The position numbers were made by a program, and so were the translations under genes. A model generated the notes under the pieces. That model was given only the letters and a program-made list of their open reading frames with translations, was not told the DNA's origin and searched no databases. Positions 38,265 through 47,241 of a DNA stretch of 64,000 nt are shown here, one piece after another (the first letter of the stretch is position 1; every line of letters starts with the position of its first letter). Origin of the DNA: Fidelibacterota bacterium (GTDB lineage: Bacteria > Fidelibacterota > UBA8477 > JABMPR01). The DNA lies in NCBI GenBank assembly GCA_016784025.1, contig JADHVL010000002.1, positions 52,490-116,489 on the forward strand, written 5' to 3'.

Positions 38265-41200
38265 CTAACGGATCAAATATACTTTCTTCAAGCGACTCCA
38301 CACCTTTCCGGCTTGGTCATCGAATAATAACTTCATGATATAGAGGCCTGTCACTGCCTTTCCACCATAATTAGCCTCCCCATCCCAAAGCACTTGTCCC
38401 CGGTGACCTACTGGTTTTATTTGCACTGGTTCTGCAATCTTCCGGCCGGCCATATCAAACACCATAACAGACATCAGTCCATGTTCAAATGGCAACTCAT
38501 AGTGAATAGCGATTTGATCAGCATGACCATCCCCATTGGGTGTAAAGGGGTTTGGATCCAGGTCAACGACTAGTTCTGATGAGAGGACATCCAGATAGAG
38601 ACTATTCTCTGCTCCAGGAGTTGAGCCCCAATCGTCAATACAAACACTCCAGTTTCCAGTGTACTGTCCCGAAACCTCTGGTCGAATTCGTTCCAGGGAG
38701 CGTCCCAGCACTAACTCCGTTGATGGACTATAAGACACGTCATCCATGTGGATTTTTTGTGGGTCAAATATAATAATCAAATCTTCAGAATTATTAAGTG
38801 TGGGAAAGTGCAGGATCCCCTGATAAATCCCACTATGTAATGCTGGTCCCAGAGATTGATCATCCCCTATCACCAGATACCCATCACCTTCCAACAATAG
38901 ACTGGTATCGGAGATACTGATTCCTGATCCCGAATTGTCTGCAATGAGCCACCCCAGCATGTCCACGGTATCAGTACTTCTGTTGTAAATCTCTATCCAC
39001 TCATTCTGGTCATTCGTAGGAAGCGGCATGATTTCATTTATTACAAGCGGTGAAGTGTTTTCCGAAATAAATAACCGCTGAATATGTGTGTTATCCCCGG
39101 GTATTCCATCTCCCTCAGATTGAACAACAACTTCAAGAGATATCCAGCCAGAAGATTCTGAAATAAGTTCAATATCCCAGGATAAAGTATCCCCAGCGTC
39201 AATGGGTGGCAGCATCTCTGACCATTCCCCAATCTCAGTTCTATTGTGTTGTGTATTGAGACTCAACACAGCATTCTCAACTAGACTCACACCAGCATTG
39301 ATTATAGATATCCCAGCCAAAAATGAAGCATCCCTCCACAGAATCGAATCTAGAATAACCACATCCTGGACCGCGAGGTTATTGGGCGGTATGAGCATTG
39401 AGTTTTGCCGACCAGGAGTAATACCAAGCGGATCCTGACATACCGACCAACTGGACTCCAATGCCTGGTCTTTCCACAGCGCCAGACGCTCCAGACTTTT
39501 GCCAGGTTCATCATTTGGCGGTGCGAGATAAGCATGTTCAATCATCCTGTGCCCCAGAGGATCCAGGATAACAATTGAATCAGAACTATTATTCAGACTA
39601 GGCCAGGAAGATAGCTCACAGATCTTGGCAGAAGCGGGTGCCCAATCCACCAACTTGATAGCATCACCTGTCCATAAAAACAGACTGTCTGGTTGAATGA
39701 GGAAACTGGACATCACTTCACCCCTACTCCCACTGCCATCCCTAAAACTCCAACCCTTCAGATCTATTTGCATTGAACTGATGTTTACAAATTCGAGAAA
39801 TTCAACCTGGTCCTCATGAGGGAGATAGTGAATCTCATTGATTGCAATTTGGCCAGGCGAGTAACCCAATACTACCTGAACTGAGGTATCAGCAAGAACT
39901 TCACCTTCATGAATCAAGCGGATTGGGATTTCGTTATAACCTGGCCAGAGGGAAGTGCTGGGAAATATGAGCGAATCTGATCCAAAACTTGACAGAACCC
40001 CATGCCAGTAAATATCCGCATCAGATTCAAGTTCAAGCGAATACAGAGTGTCTATCCCCAGATTTTGAAACCCAAGAAACACTTCAGCCTGGGTTAGACC
40101 AATCGATGTGGGTGTCTCTACACGAATTTCATTAATTCGAATTTCCACTGGAAGCAGATGTCTGGTGTTCATACTAGAAGGGGTTCCACCATCTACATGG
40201 GTGCTGGCAACCCAGTTTATCTCCTCATAGGGATAAATATCTGGATGACGCCGTTCCAGGGAAGTAGCAGACTCGCCCCAACTTCCTCGATAAAACACTG
40301 AAGCCACGAGTTGACCGGTGGCATCAAATAAACGAACTGAATCAGATGAGGTGTTCAGGGCGGGCCAAGAATTGAGTTCAAGACCTTCTCTGGGCTCCAC
40401 ACCAAAATAATTTGTCATATTTGAGGAAGCACACAGGGATAAATAGTCAAATGAGTCAATAAATAGAAGACTATCGCTAATGAGGTGTCGAGTTTGATTC
40501 GCATCTGACATCGTCCAGCCTTGTAATGAAACTTCCCCTCCGCTTCTATTCTGAAGTTCTATCCACTCTCCCTGTTGTTCTGGCGATGGACTAAACATGA
40601 TCTCAGTGATGCTGATGATATCCTTGGGATATGGCCCTATTATTTGAAACCTGAGGGAATCATCTTCTGCAATTTCATCGTTTTCAACGAGGACTCTGGC
40701 TTCCAGTTGATGCAACCCAGGAACCAGAGAAAATAAGGTTAGGGGTATTTGAAGCTCTTCCTGTGTAATCAGTTGGGAATTGAAGTGAACATTAAGGTCC
40801 CACTCCTGCTCATCTTTTTCACCATTTTGATTATCATCACGATAGACGGAAACATCGAATTCAGAGACCAGATACTCCCCCAGGTTTTTGATGTGGAGTA
40901 GGATTTCAACAGGTTCTGAGTTCAATAACGACTCGTATTCAATTCCAATTAAACTCAGGTTTATCAGGGGTGGCGTAACTGAATTGCGATACCCTGGAGT
41001 CCCGTTAATATCAATTGACTGAAGCCATGAGCTCAATGAATCAGCCGAGCTAACAGAGACCCGCTCCCAGGAGTACCCGTTTTCAGTTGAGGTTGTCCAT
41101 GACATTTCACTTGAACTAGATGAATCTGGACTGCGAATGATTACAGATTCACCTCCATTGGAAAGCCCTCCACTCCCAAAGCTTGCATCTGTGGAAATAG

Positions 41201-41510
41201 TATAGACAGGAAGAGAATCATTTGTGATATCAGGGTATGGTCCAGTTAGAAAATTGTATCCAGGATCCATGATAAGAGCATAGTGAGAAGGTTGAATCCA
41301 AATTGGACCTGATAAATGGGAGATGGTATCCACTCCATTTCCATCGCTGAGAACCCAGCCATTGATTTGCATCACATGATCTGTGGCATTAAATATCTCT
41401 ATGAATTCGTTTTCATATTCTGATCCCTGAGGATTTGACATCACTTCAGAGATACGTATGTCATTGGCATGTAAGCATATAGCCAACAACACAAGGCATG
41501 TCTTGTGCAT
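38265..41510 (-). CDS. Large secreted protein with four lamin-tail domains (LTD) and a T9SS C-terminal sorting domain
   Basis: Four repeats of the LTD pattern (I.I.E.M.P....E.IEi.N.s...v.l.GW.lsD). Signal peptide. C-terminus ...GHRGQVLWDGEANYGGKAVTGLYIMKLLFDDQAGKVWSRLKKVYLIR resembles a type-A T9SS CTD. Confidence 0.7.
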   Translation of the reverse strand: MHKTCLVLLAICLHANDIRISEVMSNPQGSEYENEFIEIFNATDHVMQINGWVLSDGNGVDTISHLSGPIWIQPSHYALIMDPGYNFLTGPYPDITNDSLPVYTISTDASFGSGGLSNGGESVIIRSPDSSSSSEMSWTTSTENGYSWERVSVSSADSLSSWLQSIDINGTPGYRNSVTPPLINLSLIGIEYESLLNSEPVEILLHIKNLGEYLVSEFDVSVYRDDNQNGEKDEQEWDLNVHFNSQLITQEELQIPLTLFSLVPGLHQLEARVLVENDEIAEDDSLRFQIIGPYPKDIISITEIMFSPSPEQQGEWIELQNRSGGEVSLQGWTMSDANQTRHLISDSLLFIDSFDYLSLCASSNMTNYFGVEPREGLELNSWPALNTSSDSVRLFDATGQLVASVFYRGSWGESATSLERRHPDIYPYEEINWVASTHVDGGTPSSMNTRHLLPVEIRINEIRVETPTSIGLTQAEVFLGFQNLGIDTLYSLELESDADIYWHGVLSSFGSDSLIFPSTSLWPGYNEIPIRLIHEGEVLADTSVQVVLGYSPGQIAINEIHYLPHEDQVEFLEFVNISSMQIDLKGWSFRDGSGSRGEVMSSFLIQPDSLFLWTGDAIKLVDWAPASAKICELSSWPSLNNSSDSIVILDPLGHRMIEHAYLAPPNDEPGKSLERLALWKDQALESSWSVCQDPLGITPGRQNSMLIPPNNLAVQDVVILDSILWRDASFLAGISIINAGVSLVENAVLSLNTQHNRTEIGEWSEMLPPIDAGDTLSWDIELISESSGWISLEVVVQSEGDGIPGDNTHIQRLFISENTSPLVINEIMPLPTNDQNEWIEIYNRSTDTVDMLGWLIADNSGSGISISDTSLLLEGDGYLVIGDDQSLGPALHSGIYQGILHFPTLNNSEDLIIIFDPQKIHMDDVSYSPSTELVLGRSLERIRPEVSGQYTGNWSVCIDDWGSTPGAENSLYLDVLSSELVVDLDPNPFTPNGDGHADQIAIHYELPFEHGLMSVMVFDMAGRKIAEPVQIKPVGHRGQVLWDGEANYGGKAVTGLYIMKLLFDDQAGKVWSRLKKVYLIR

Positions 41511-41660
41511 AATAATCCCATCTATTTATATTGAGGTTTACTCGATGAGTGGAAATTAGTCAGGAACAAAACCTATTGCCAACTTTTTCATGATATCAGG
41601 AAGAATTAACTTATATTCAAATCGCTTCGCCAAAGTGAGTTTGAATAATTAGGAGGAAAC

Positions 41661-42239
41661 ATGAAGATAGTGAAACTAGGTTTTTTAATTGTACTGACCG
41701 CTTTGGTCATGTTCAACTGTTCAGGTGGAAAAGAAGTCATTGACATGCCCAAAGATGCAAATAATCCCAAGGGACCGGCTGATTTACCAGATTGGTTTAC
41801 CAATCCCCCTGAAGAAGATGATATGTATATCTATGCTGTGGGGATGGGTGAATCCCGGAAAATGGATCTGGCCATGGATAAAGCCAAACAAGCTGGTAAG
41901 GTTGAGCTATCAGAACGCATTTCAGCCAAAGTCCAAAGCCAGGTTAAAAGTTTTACCCAGGAAGCAGGCATGACTGAGAATACTCAGATTGTTGAATTCT
42001 ATCAATCCACATCAAAAACAGTTACTAACAACACCTTGAATGGTGTGACAGTCTTAAAGCGCTACCCCTATGAAAAGTCTGGTGGTAGCTGGATTGCTTA
42101 TGTCCAACTTGGTTTGAAAAAAGATGCCGTTAGCACGGCTGTGGTTAATGTTATTAAGAATGAAGAAGCGCTCTACGCAGAGTTCAAAGCTTCCCAGGCT
42201 TTTAAGGAATTAGAAGCTTCCATGGAACAAACCAAGTAG
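41661..42239 (+). CDS. LPP20-like lipoprotein
   Basis: Lipobox LVMFNCSG; the mature part (YIYAVGMGESRKMDLAMDKAKQAGKVELSERISAKV) resembles the LPP20 lipoprotein family. Confidence 0.5.
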   Translation: MKIVKLGFLIVLTALVMFNCSGGKEVIDMPKDANNPKGPADLPDWFTNPPEEDDMYIYAVGMGESRKMDLAMDKAKQAGKVELSERISAKVQSQVKSFTQEAGMTENTQIVEFYQSTSKTVTNNTLNGVTVLKRYPYEKSGGSWIAYVQLGLKKDAVSTAVVNVIKNEEALYAEFKASQAFKELEASMEQTK

Positions 42240-42259
42240 ATTTTATTCCAGAGTTTTAT

Positions 42260-42290
42260 CAAAAGGGCTGTCAGGTGACAGCCCTTTTTT
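42260..42290. terminator. Rho-independent bidirectional terminator (AAAAGGGCTGTCAggTGACAGCCCTTTTTT)
   Basis: 9-bp perfect stem plus a T-tract, between the convergent lipoprotein and response-regulator genes. Confidence 0.75.
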
Positions 42291-42293
42291 GTA

Positions 42294-43013
42294 TCAATTC
42301 CCGATAAAATTGACCTGCTCGAAAAACGCCTGCTTATAGGAATCCCCGATGGGAATCTCCTTGCCATCAATCTGTACAAACTGTTTGTGGATCACTTCAA
42401 TCCTGGGGATGGCCACCAGATAGGAACGGTGGATCTGGATGAATTCATCTCCTGGTAGCAGTTCCAGCAGTTGAGCGAAGGTCATCCTGGAGAGCAACTC
42501 CTTACCATCGATCTTAAATATTATGTAATGTCCATCTTTTTGAATAAGCGAGATCTTGCGGGTATCCACCTGATGAATTTGTGAACCACTCTTGATGAAT
42601 ATCTTATGATTGATTTTTCCTGTCTCACCATCATGACTTGGAGTTTCCGTTTCCGGTTTTGAAAATTTGTTTACCGCTGCTAGAAAGCGATCAAAAGGGA
42701 TGGGTTTTAGCAGGTAGTCCAGTGCAGGAATCTCATAGCTCTCCACGGCATGCTGTGAGTAAGCAGTACAAAAAATTACCGATGTATTGTCGGTAGGTAT
42801 CAAGCGAGACAATTGAAGACCGCTTAGATCCGGCATATTGATATCCATAAAGACCAGGTCTACGCTGTTTTGGGAGAGATGGTTCAGAGCTTCGAGTGGA
42901 TCAGTGAAAGTGGCATCCAGCTGTAGCCAACTCACTTTGGAAACATACTTTTTCAAGACCTCAATGGCACCATGTTCGTCATCAACGATAATACACCTAA
43001 CCAGATTGGTCAC
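42294..43013 (-). CDS. LytTR-family two-component response regulator
   Basis: Receiver domain (IIVDDEHGAIEVL...DINMPDLSG) plus a C-terminal LytTR DNA-binding domain. Confidence 0.85.
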   Translation of the reverse strand: MTNLVRCIIVDDEHGAIEVLKKYVSKVSWLQLDATFTDPLEALNHLSQNSVDLVFMDINMPDLSGLQLSRLIPTDNTSVIFCTAYSQHAVESYEIPALDYLLKPIPFDRFLAAVNKFSKPETETPSHDGETGKINHKIFIKSGSQIHQVDTRKISLIQKDGHYIIFKIDGKELLSRMTFAQLLELLPGDEFIQIHRSYLVAIPRIEVIHKQFVQIDGKEIPIGDSYKQAFFEQVNFIGN

Positions 43014-44080
43014 AACTGAATCTCCAATTTTATGCCGTATTCATCCTCTGATTCGTCGATTGAGAGGTTATGCCTTTCAGGATAGTGATGTTCCAATCGT
43101 CGTTTCACATTCTCAAGACCGATTCCCTTGTGGTCAGTGGATGCATTCCTTCCCTGGAAGTGTGAATTCTCGACAGCGAAGCTGAGTTTCTCTGATGACA
43201 TGTTCAGTAGAATGTGAATCCACCCTTTCCCCTGATTGTCAATTCCATGTTTGAAGGCATTTTCAACAAATGGCAGCAGCAGTAGCGGTGCCACCTGAAT
43301 AGCATCTGGAGAACCTTTAACCACCAGCTCAACCTCTGGTGGGCTGTCACTGCTATACTTGAGCAACATAAGATCCATGTAGTCCTGCAGGTGGTCTATT
43401 TCTTTTTGGAGGGCAGTCAGATCCCCTTCACTATCATACAGCATATAACGCATGAGTCCAGAGAGACGTAATAAGGCGTCGCTGCCTTCATGATCATCAT
43501 GGCGTTGGGTAATGGCATAGATGTTATTCAGGGTATTAAAAAGAAAATGGGGATTGATCTGGGACCGTAGATATTTTACCTCGGCTGCCAGATTTTCCAG
43601 CTCCAGACGTTCCTGGCGATGCATCTGCTGATTGCGTTCGCGCATAAGTCCATAAAAGATACCGCCAACCATAACCAGCACATTTCCAGAGAGGATGGTC
43701 AAATTCAAGATCTCTTTGCGGGAGGTGAGCAACATCTTATCAGATACTTCCCCCGGCGCAGTAGGCAGGTTGAACACCCTCAGAGTCATTTGATCCCAAG
43801 CCCATTCCAAACCTGAGCTCACCAACAACAACCCTAAGAAAAGCCCTGCAACTTGTAAAAGACTTTTGATGTTTAGGCGTTTGGGAATCAGGATTCTAGC
43901 TACCAGCATAACCAAAACAATGGAGATTAGCATATCAAAGATGCGAACAGCATACAAGCTTCCGTCCAAATTATTGAACTCGCCATAAAAAACCGGTCTG
44001 GTGGCCGATTGAATAGGTGAAAAATAAGCAACCCCGAAGAGGAGCATGAGTAGGACAGGTTCAATCCACTTACGTAACAT
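43010..44080 (-). CDS. LytS/YehU-type sensor histidine kinase (His_kinase PF06580 + HATPase)
   Basis: INPHFLFNTLNNI is the His_kinase H-box; N-terminal multi-TM sensor. Overlaps the response-regulator start. Confidence 0.85.
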   Translation of the reverse strand: MLRKWIEPVLLMLLFGVAYFSPIQSATRPVFYGEFNNLDGSLYAVRIFDMLISIVLVMLVARILIPKRLNIKSLLQVAGLFLGLLLVSSGLEWAWDQMTLRVFNLPTAPGEVSDKMLLTSRKEILNLTILSGNVLVMVGGIFYGLMRERNQQMHRQERLELENLAAEVKYLRSQINPHFLFNTLNNIYAITQRHDDHEGSDALLRLSGLMRYMLYDSEGDLTALQKEIDHLQDYMDLMLLKYSSDSPPEVELVVKGSPDAIQVAPLLLLPFVENAFKHGIDNQGKGWIHILLNMSSEKLSFAVENSHFQGRNASTDHKGIGLENVKRRLEHHYPERHNLSIDESEDEYGIKLEIQL

Positions 44081-44293
44081 AGTGAGCTAATATATCTTTT
44101 TTTTGTACTTCTTCGACCCCTAAGGCGGTCAATCCACCTATCCCTGGCATCAATGCCCCATTACATGGCATCAATGAGATATTGTCCAAATCAAATGATT
44201 CAGAGCCAGAAATCGATGGGTTCATGCCATTAATCTCATTTACTGTTTTTTTGCTCTATCTTCCCCAACATAAACATTGAAAAGGAGTCTATT

Positions 44294-45085
44294 ATGACAT
44301 CAAGGAAACACATACTACTTATACTACTCATTGGTCTTTTTACCCTTTCGGCGCTAGCCCAGGAAAAAAGGGTCGTTATCCACAAAAAACCCCATGGTGA
44401 GGAAGTCCACAAAGAAGTCTTTATCACCCAGGATGGTGAAGTGTCTGATTCAGTTCTGACAAAGATCTTTGTACGCAGAATGCCCAGGCATGAGCAAAAG
44501 GTTGCTCGGATCGTTATCAAAAAATCAGGTTTCTTCAAAAAGAACAAGATCGTTATCGATTTTGACCCCATGACCAAAAAGATCATGAAAGTATTGGATA
44601 ATGGAAAAGAGATGCCTGAAAAGAAATTTCATAAATATCAGGAATACCTTGAGGATGCCACTGAACTCGCTCCATTGGAAGCCCTCCACCCTGCCATGGA
44701 AGAGATGGATCTCAAGATTGAATTGGGAGAACTCCCCTCCCTGGAGGGGTTGGAAGGTCTAGACTCCCTGATAATTCATCTTGAAGCTCTTGAATCGGCA
44801 CATGCTGTTTATAAAAAAGAACACTACAAATCGATTAAACATGTCATCGAGTTAGATAACCTGGCCGAGACCATTCAAAACATCCTGGGTGAAAGTGGCG
44901 CCACACCCCCACAAAAAATCGAAACCATTTCGATAAAAAAAGGCAAGTTTTATGTCAACGGTGATGAGATAAAAGGTGATACTGGGAAAAAATGTATTCA
45001 AGCCTATATAGCCAATTCAGATCTTACCCCTGAAGACATGCAGAAAAAGGGAGAAGAGATCAGTATTAAAATTCGCTTCGACTGA
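44294..45085 (+). CDS. Hypothetical secreted Lys/Glu-rich protein
   Basis: Signal peptide MTSRKHILLILLIGLFTLSALAQ; no family recognised. Confidence 0.4.
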   Translation: MTSRKHILLILLIGLFTLSALAQEKRVVIHKKPHGEEVHKEVFITQDGEVSDSVLTKIFVRRMPRHEQKVARIVIKKSGFFKKNKIVIDFDPMTKKIMKVLDNGKEMPEKKFHKYQEYLEDATELAPLEALHPAMEEMDLKIELGELPSLEGLEGLDSLIIHLEALESAHAVYKKEHYKSIKHVIELDNLAETIQNILGESGATPPQKIETISIKKGKFYVNGDEIKGDTGKKCIQAYIANSDLTPEDMQKKGEEISIKIRFD

Positions 45086-45130
45086 TCTACAGATAAAGGA
45101 ATCTTCCACTAACGCAGGATCATATCGGGG

Positions 45131-45270
45131 TCTGGCGTTTGAAAACCGTCCTTTTCGGGCGGTTTTTGCTATAACCATTATTAAGCGATGGGCGAAAACC
45201 GCTGCTTCCAGGTGGTTTTTGCGATAACCATTGTTAAGTGATGGGCGAAAACCGCTGCTTTCGGACGGTT
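45131..45270. repeat. Three tandem GAAAACCG...CGGTTTTC hairpins separated by two near-identical 26-nt spacers (GCKATAACCATTRTTAAGYGATGGGC); about 51-bp period
   Basis: Read directly: hairpin 1 at 45141-45167, unit 2 at 45161-45211, unit 3 at 45212-45263. Lies between convergent genes. Confidence 0.55.
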
Positions 45271-45272
45271 TT

Positions 45273-45503
45273 CTATTTTTGTCTCAGGTCTTTTTCATTC
45301 CCAAGTTTGAACTGACCCGTGACTCTGGCCATGATCAGTTGAGAGCCCGCTTCATCGGTTGATTCATTCTTTGAAAGGAAACGAAGCGCTTCCTTTCCAC
45401 GGAGCGTGGTGGCAAGCTTGTTTGACCTGAAAATTCTGACCTTACCATCCTTACTCGCCTGATAGGAAAAGGGTTTTTGAGTCAGTGAATCATTTACTGC
45501 CAT
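45273..45503 (-). CDS. Small hypothetical protein (76 aa); possibly the frameshifted C-terminal part of the gene upstream
   Basis: ORF only; it starts 15 nt after the stop of the 45518..46138 ORF, in a different frame. Confidence 0.3.
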   Translation of the reverse strand: MAVNDSLTQKPFSYQASKDGKVRIFRSNKLATTLRGKEALRFLSKNESTDEAGSQLIMARVTGQFKLGNEKDLRQK

Positions 45504-45517
45504 CTCTGCCGAAAATC

Positions 45518-46138
45518 CTACTGGTCCATACTCAGCATTAAGAATCCAGTAAAGGCCGCATTATTGGGTGCCAACCGACTATCAACCTTGGTTTTCATCA
45601 CATTAATAATGGATCTGAATTCTTTATAGAACTCCCAACTGGGACGCGGTTTGTATACCAGGGTATCCAGCTCAAATTGCTGGATCACGCCCTTTGCCGT
45701 TGTGGGTTTCACAAACACTTCATCATAAGGCTTATGATAGACTGGAAGAACAGAAATCAGGGACCACTTGGCCATTTTACCAGTAATGAGGACATCCAGC
45801 ATCATATTGAAGCCCTGCTCTTGATTGCCATGCAGCATTTCTCTTAGTCCATTGGCCAGAATTGTTTCATGCTGATTGTGGAGACTATTGACAAAATCTC
45901 TAAATTTGGGTTTCTCGAAGAGACTGACCATGGATGACCGACTCACCATTTTGCTCATGGCCTGGACAATTGCTTTTGAATCTCCAAATTGATCCTCAGC
46001 AAATTCTTCCTGAACTGTGATAATCATCTTGTCCATCTTATGCTTTTTACCAATGGCTACCATGTCGGGGTGTTCAAAACCACCTGGATACACATTTAAA
46101 AATTTTGCTTCTGACTGCTTTAATTTATCGAGATTCAT
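45518..46138 (-). CDS. Hypothetical protein (206 aa)
   Basis: ORF with plausible coding composition; no family recognised. Confidence 0.4.
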   Translation of the reverse strand: MNLDKLKQSEAKFLNVYPGGFEHPDMVAIGKKHKMDKMIITVQEEFAEDQFGDSKAIVQAMSKMVSRSSMVSLFEKPKFRDFVNSLHNQHETILANGLREMLHGNQEQGFNMMLDVLITGKMAKWSLISVLPVYHKPYDEVFVKPTTAKGVIQQFELDTLVYKPRPSWEFYKEFRSIINVMKTKVDSRLAPNNAAFTGFLMLSMDQ

Positions 46139-46280
46139 AGACGCTCCCTCTGATCATCATTTCATTCATATTGGTGTTGGCATAATTAATCGCTTTTAGA
46201 AGATAATCCATAAGGAACAAATATTATCACAATTCGTTGATCAGGTAAGTATATTCACAAGTCTAAGGGTTGAAGGAGTA

Positions 46281-47225
46281 TTGATGAGATTCAAGTGGTT
46301 TCCAAAACAGATATCCAAATCAATTTCTATCCTTAGTTTAACTTTATTATTCTTTAACTGCAATCAAGCGCAGGAGCCTATGAACTACAATAAACTAACC
46401 CCTGAAGAACAAAGAGTAATTCTCAATAAAGGCACTGAAAGACCATTCAGCGGAAAATTCGAACATCATGAAGAAACTGGGACCTATACCTGTAAACAGT
46501 GTGATGCCCCTCTTTATCGTTCCGGAGATAAATTTGATGCTCAGTGCGGCTGGCCCAGCTTTGATGATGAAATACCTGGGGCTGTAAAACGAGTGACTGA
46601 CTCCGATGGCAGCAGAACAGAAATTCTTTGTTCCAATTGTGGTGGTCATCTCGGCCATGTATTTTTGGGAGAAGGATTTACATCCAAGAATACCCGACAT
46701 TGTGTCAACTCAATTTCCCTGAATTTTGAACCTGTGGAGATTAACATGGAAAAAGCAATTTTCGCCTCTGGTTGTTTCTGGGGTGTGGAGTATCAACTTC
46801 AAAAAGTGGATGGCGTCATTTCAACCAGTGTGGGCTATACCGGTGGATTTCTACCCAACCCGACTTATAAACAGGTTTGTACGGGGACCACAGGACATGC
46901 AGAAGCGGTAGAAGTTGTATTCGACCCTAAAAAGGTAAGCTATGAGACTTTGACCAGATTATTTTTCGAAACCCATGATCCCACTCAAATCGATGGTCAG
47001 GGACCAGATATTGGCACCCAGTATCGATCAGAAATTTTCTATCTCTCTAATGATCAGAAAGCCACCGCTGAAAAACTGATTAAACTGCTTGAAGATAAGG
47101 GTCTGGATGTTGCGACAGCATTGACACCAGCAGTTGAGTTTTTCCATGGTGAGGATTATCATCAGGACTACTACATCAAATCAGGTGGTACACCCTATTG
47201 TCACGCTTACACCAAGAGATTTTGA
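46281..47225 (+). CDS. msrBA: Bifunctional peptide-methionine sulfoxide reductase MsrB-MsrA fusion, secreted/lipoprotein
   Basis: MsrB: CDAPLYRSGDKFDAQCGWPSF and CSNCGGHLGHVF (Zn-binding CxxC pairs, catalytic Cys). MsrA: ASGCFWGVE. Signal peptide with FFNC lipobox. Confidence 0.9.
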   Translation: MMRFKWFPKQISKSISILSLTLLFFNCNQAQEPMNYNKLTPEEQRVILNKGTERPFSGKFEHHEETGTYTCKQCDAPLYRSGDKFDAQCGWPSFDDEIPGAVKRVTDSDGSRTEILCSNCGGHLGHVFLGEGFTSKNTRHCVNSISLNFEPVEINMEKAIFASGCFWGVEYQLQKVDGVISTSVGYTGGFLPNPTYKQVCTGTTGHAEAVEVVFDPKKVSYETLTRLFFETHDPTQIDGQGPDIGTQYRSEIFYLSNDQKATAEKLIKLLEDKGLDVATALTPAVEFFHGEDYHQDYYIKSGGTPYCHAYTKRF

Positions 47226-47241
47226 TCAATTCCCCTCTAAA

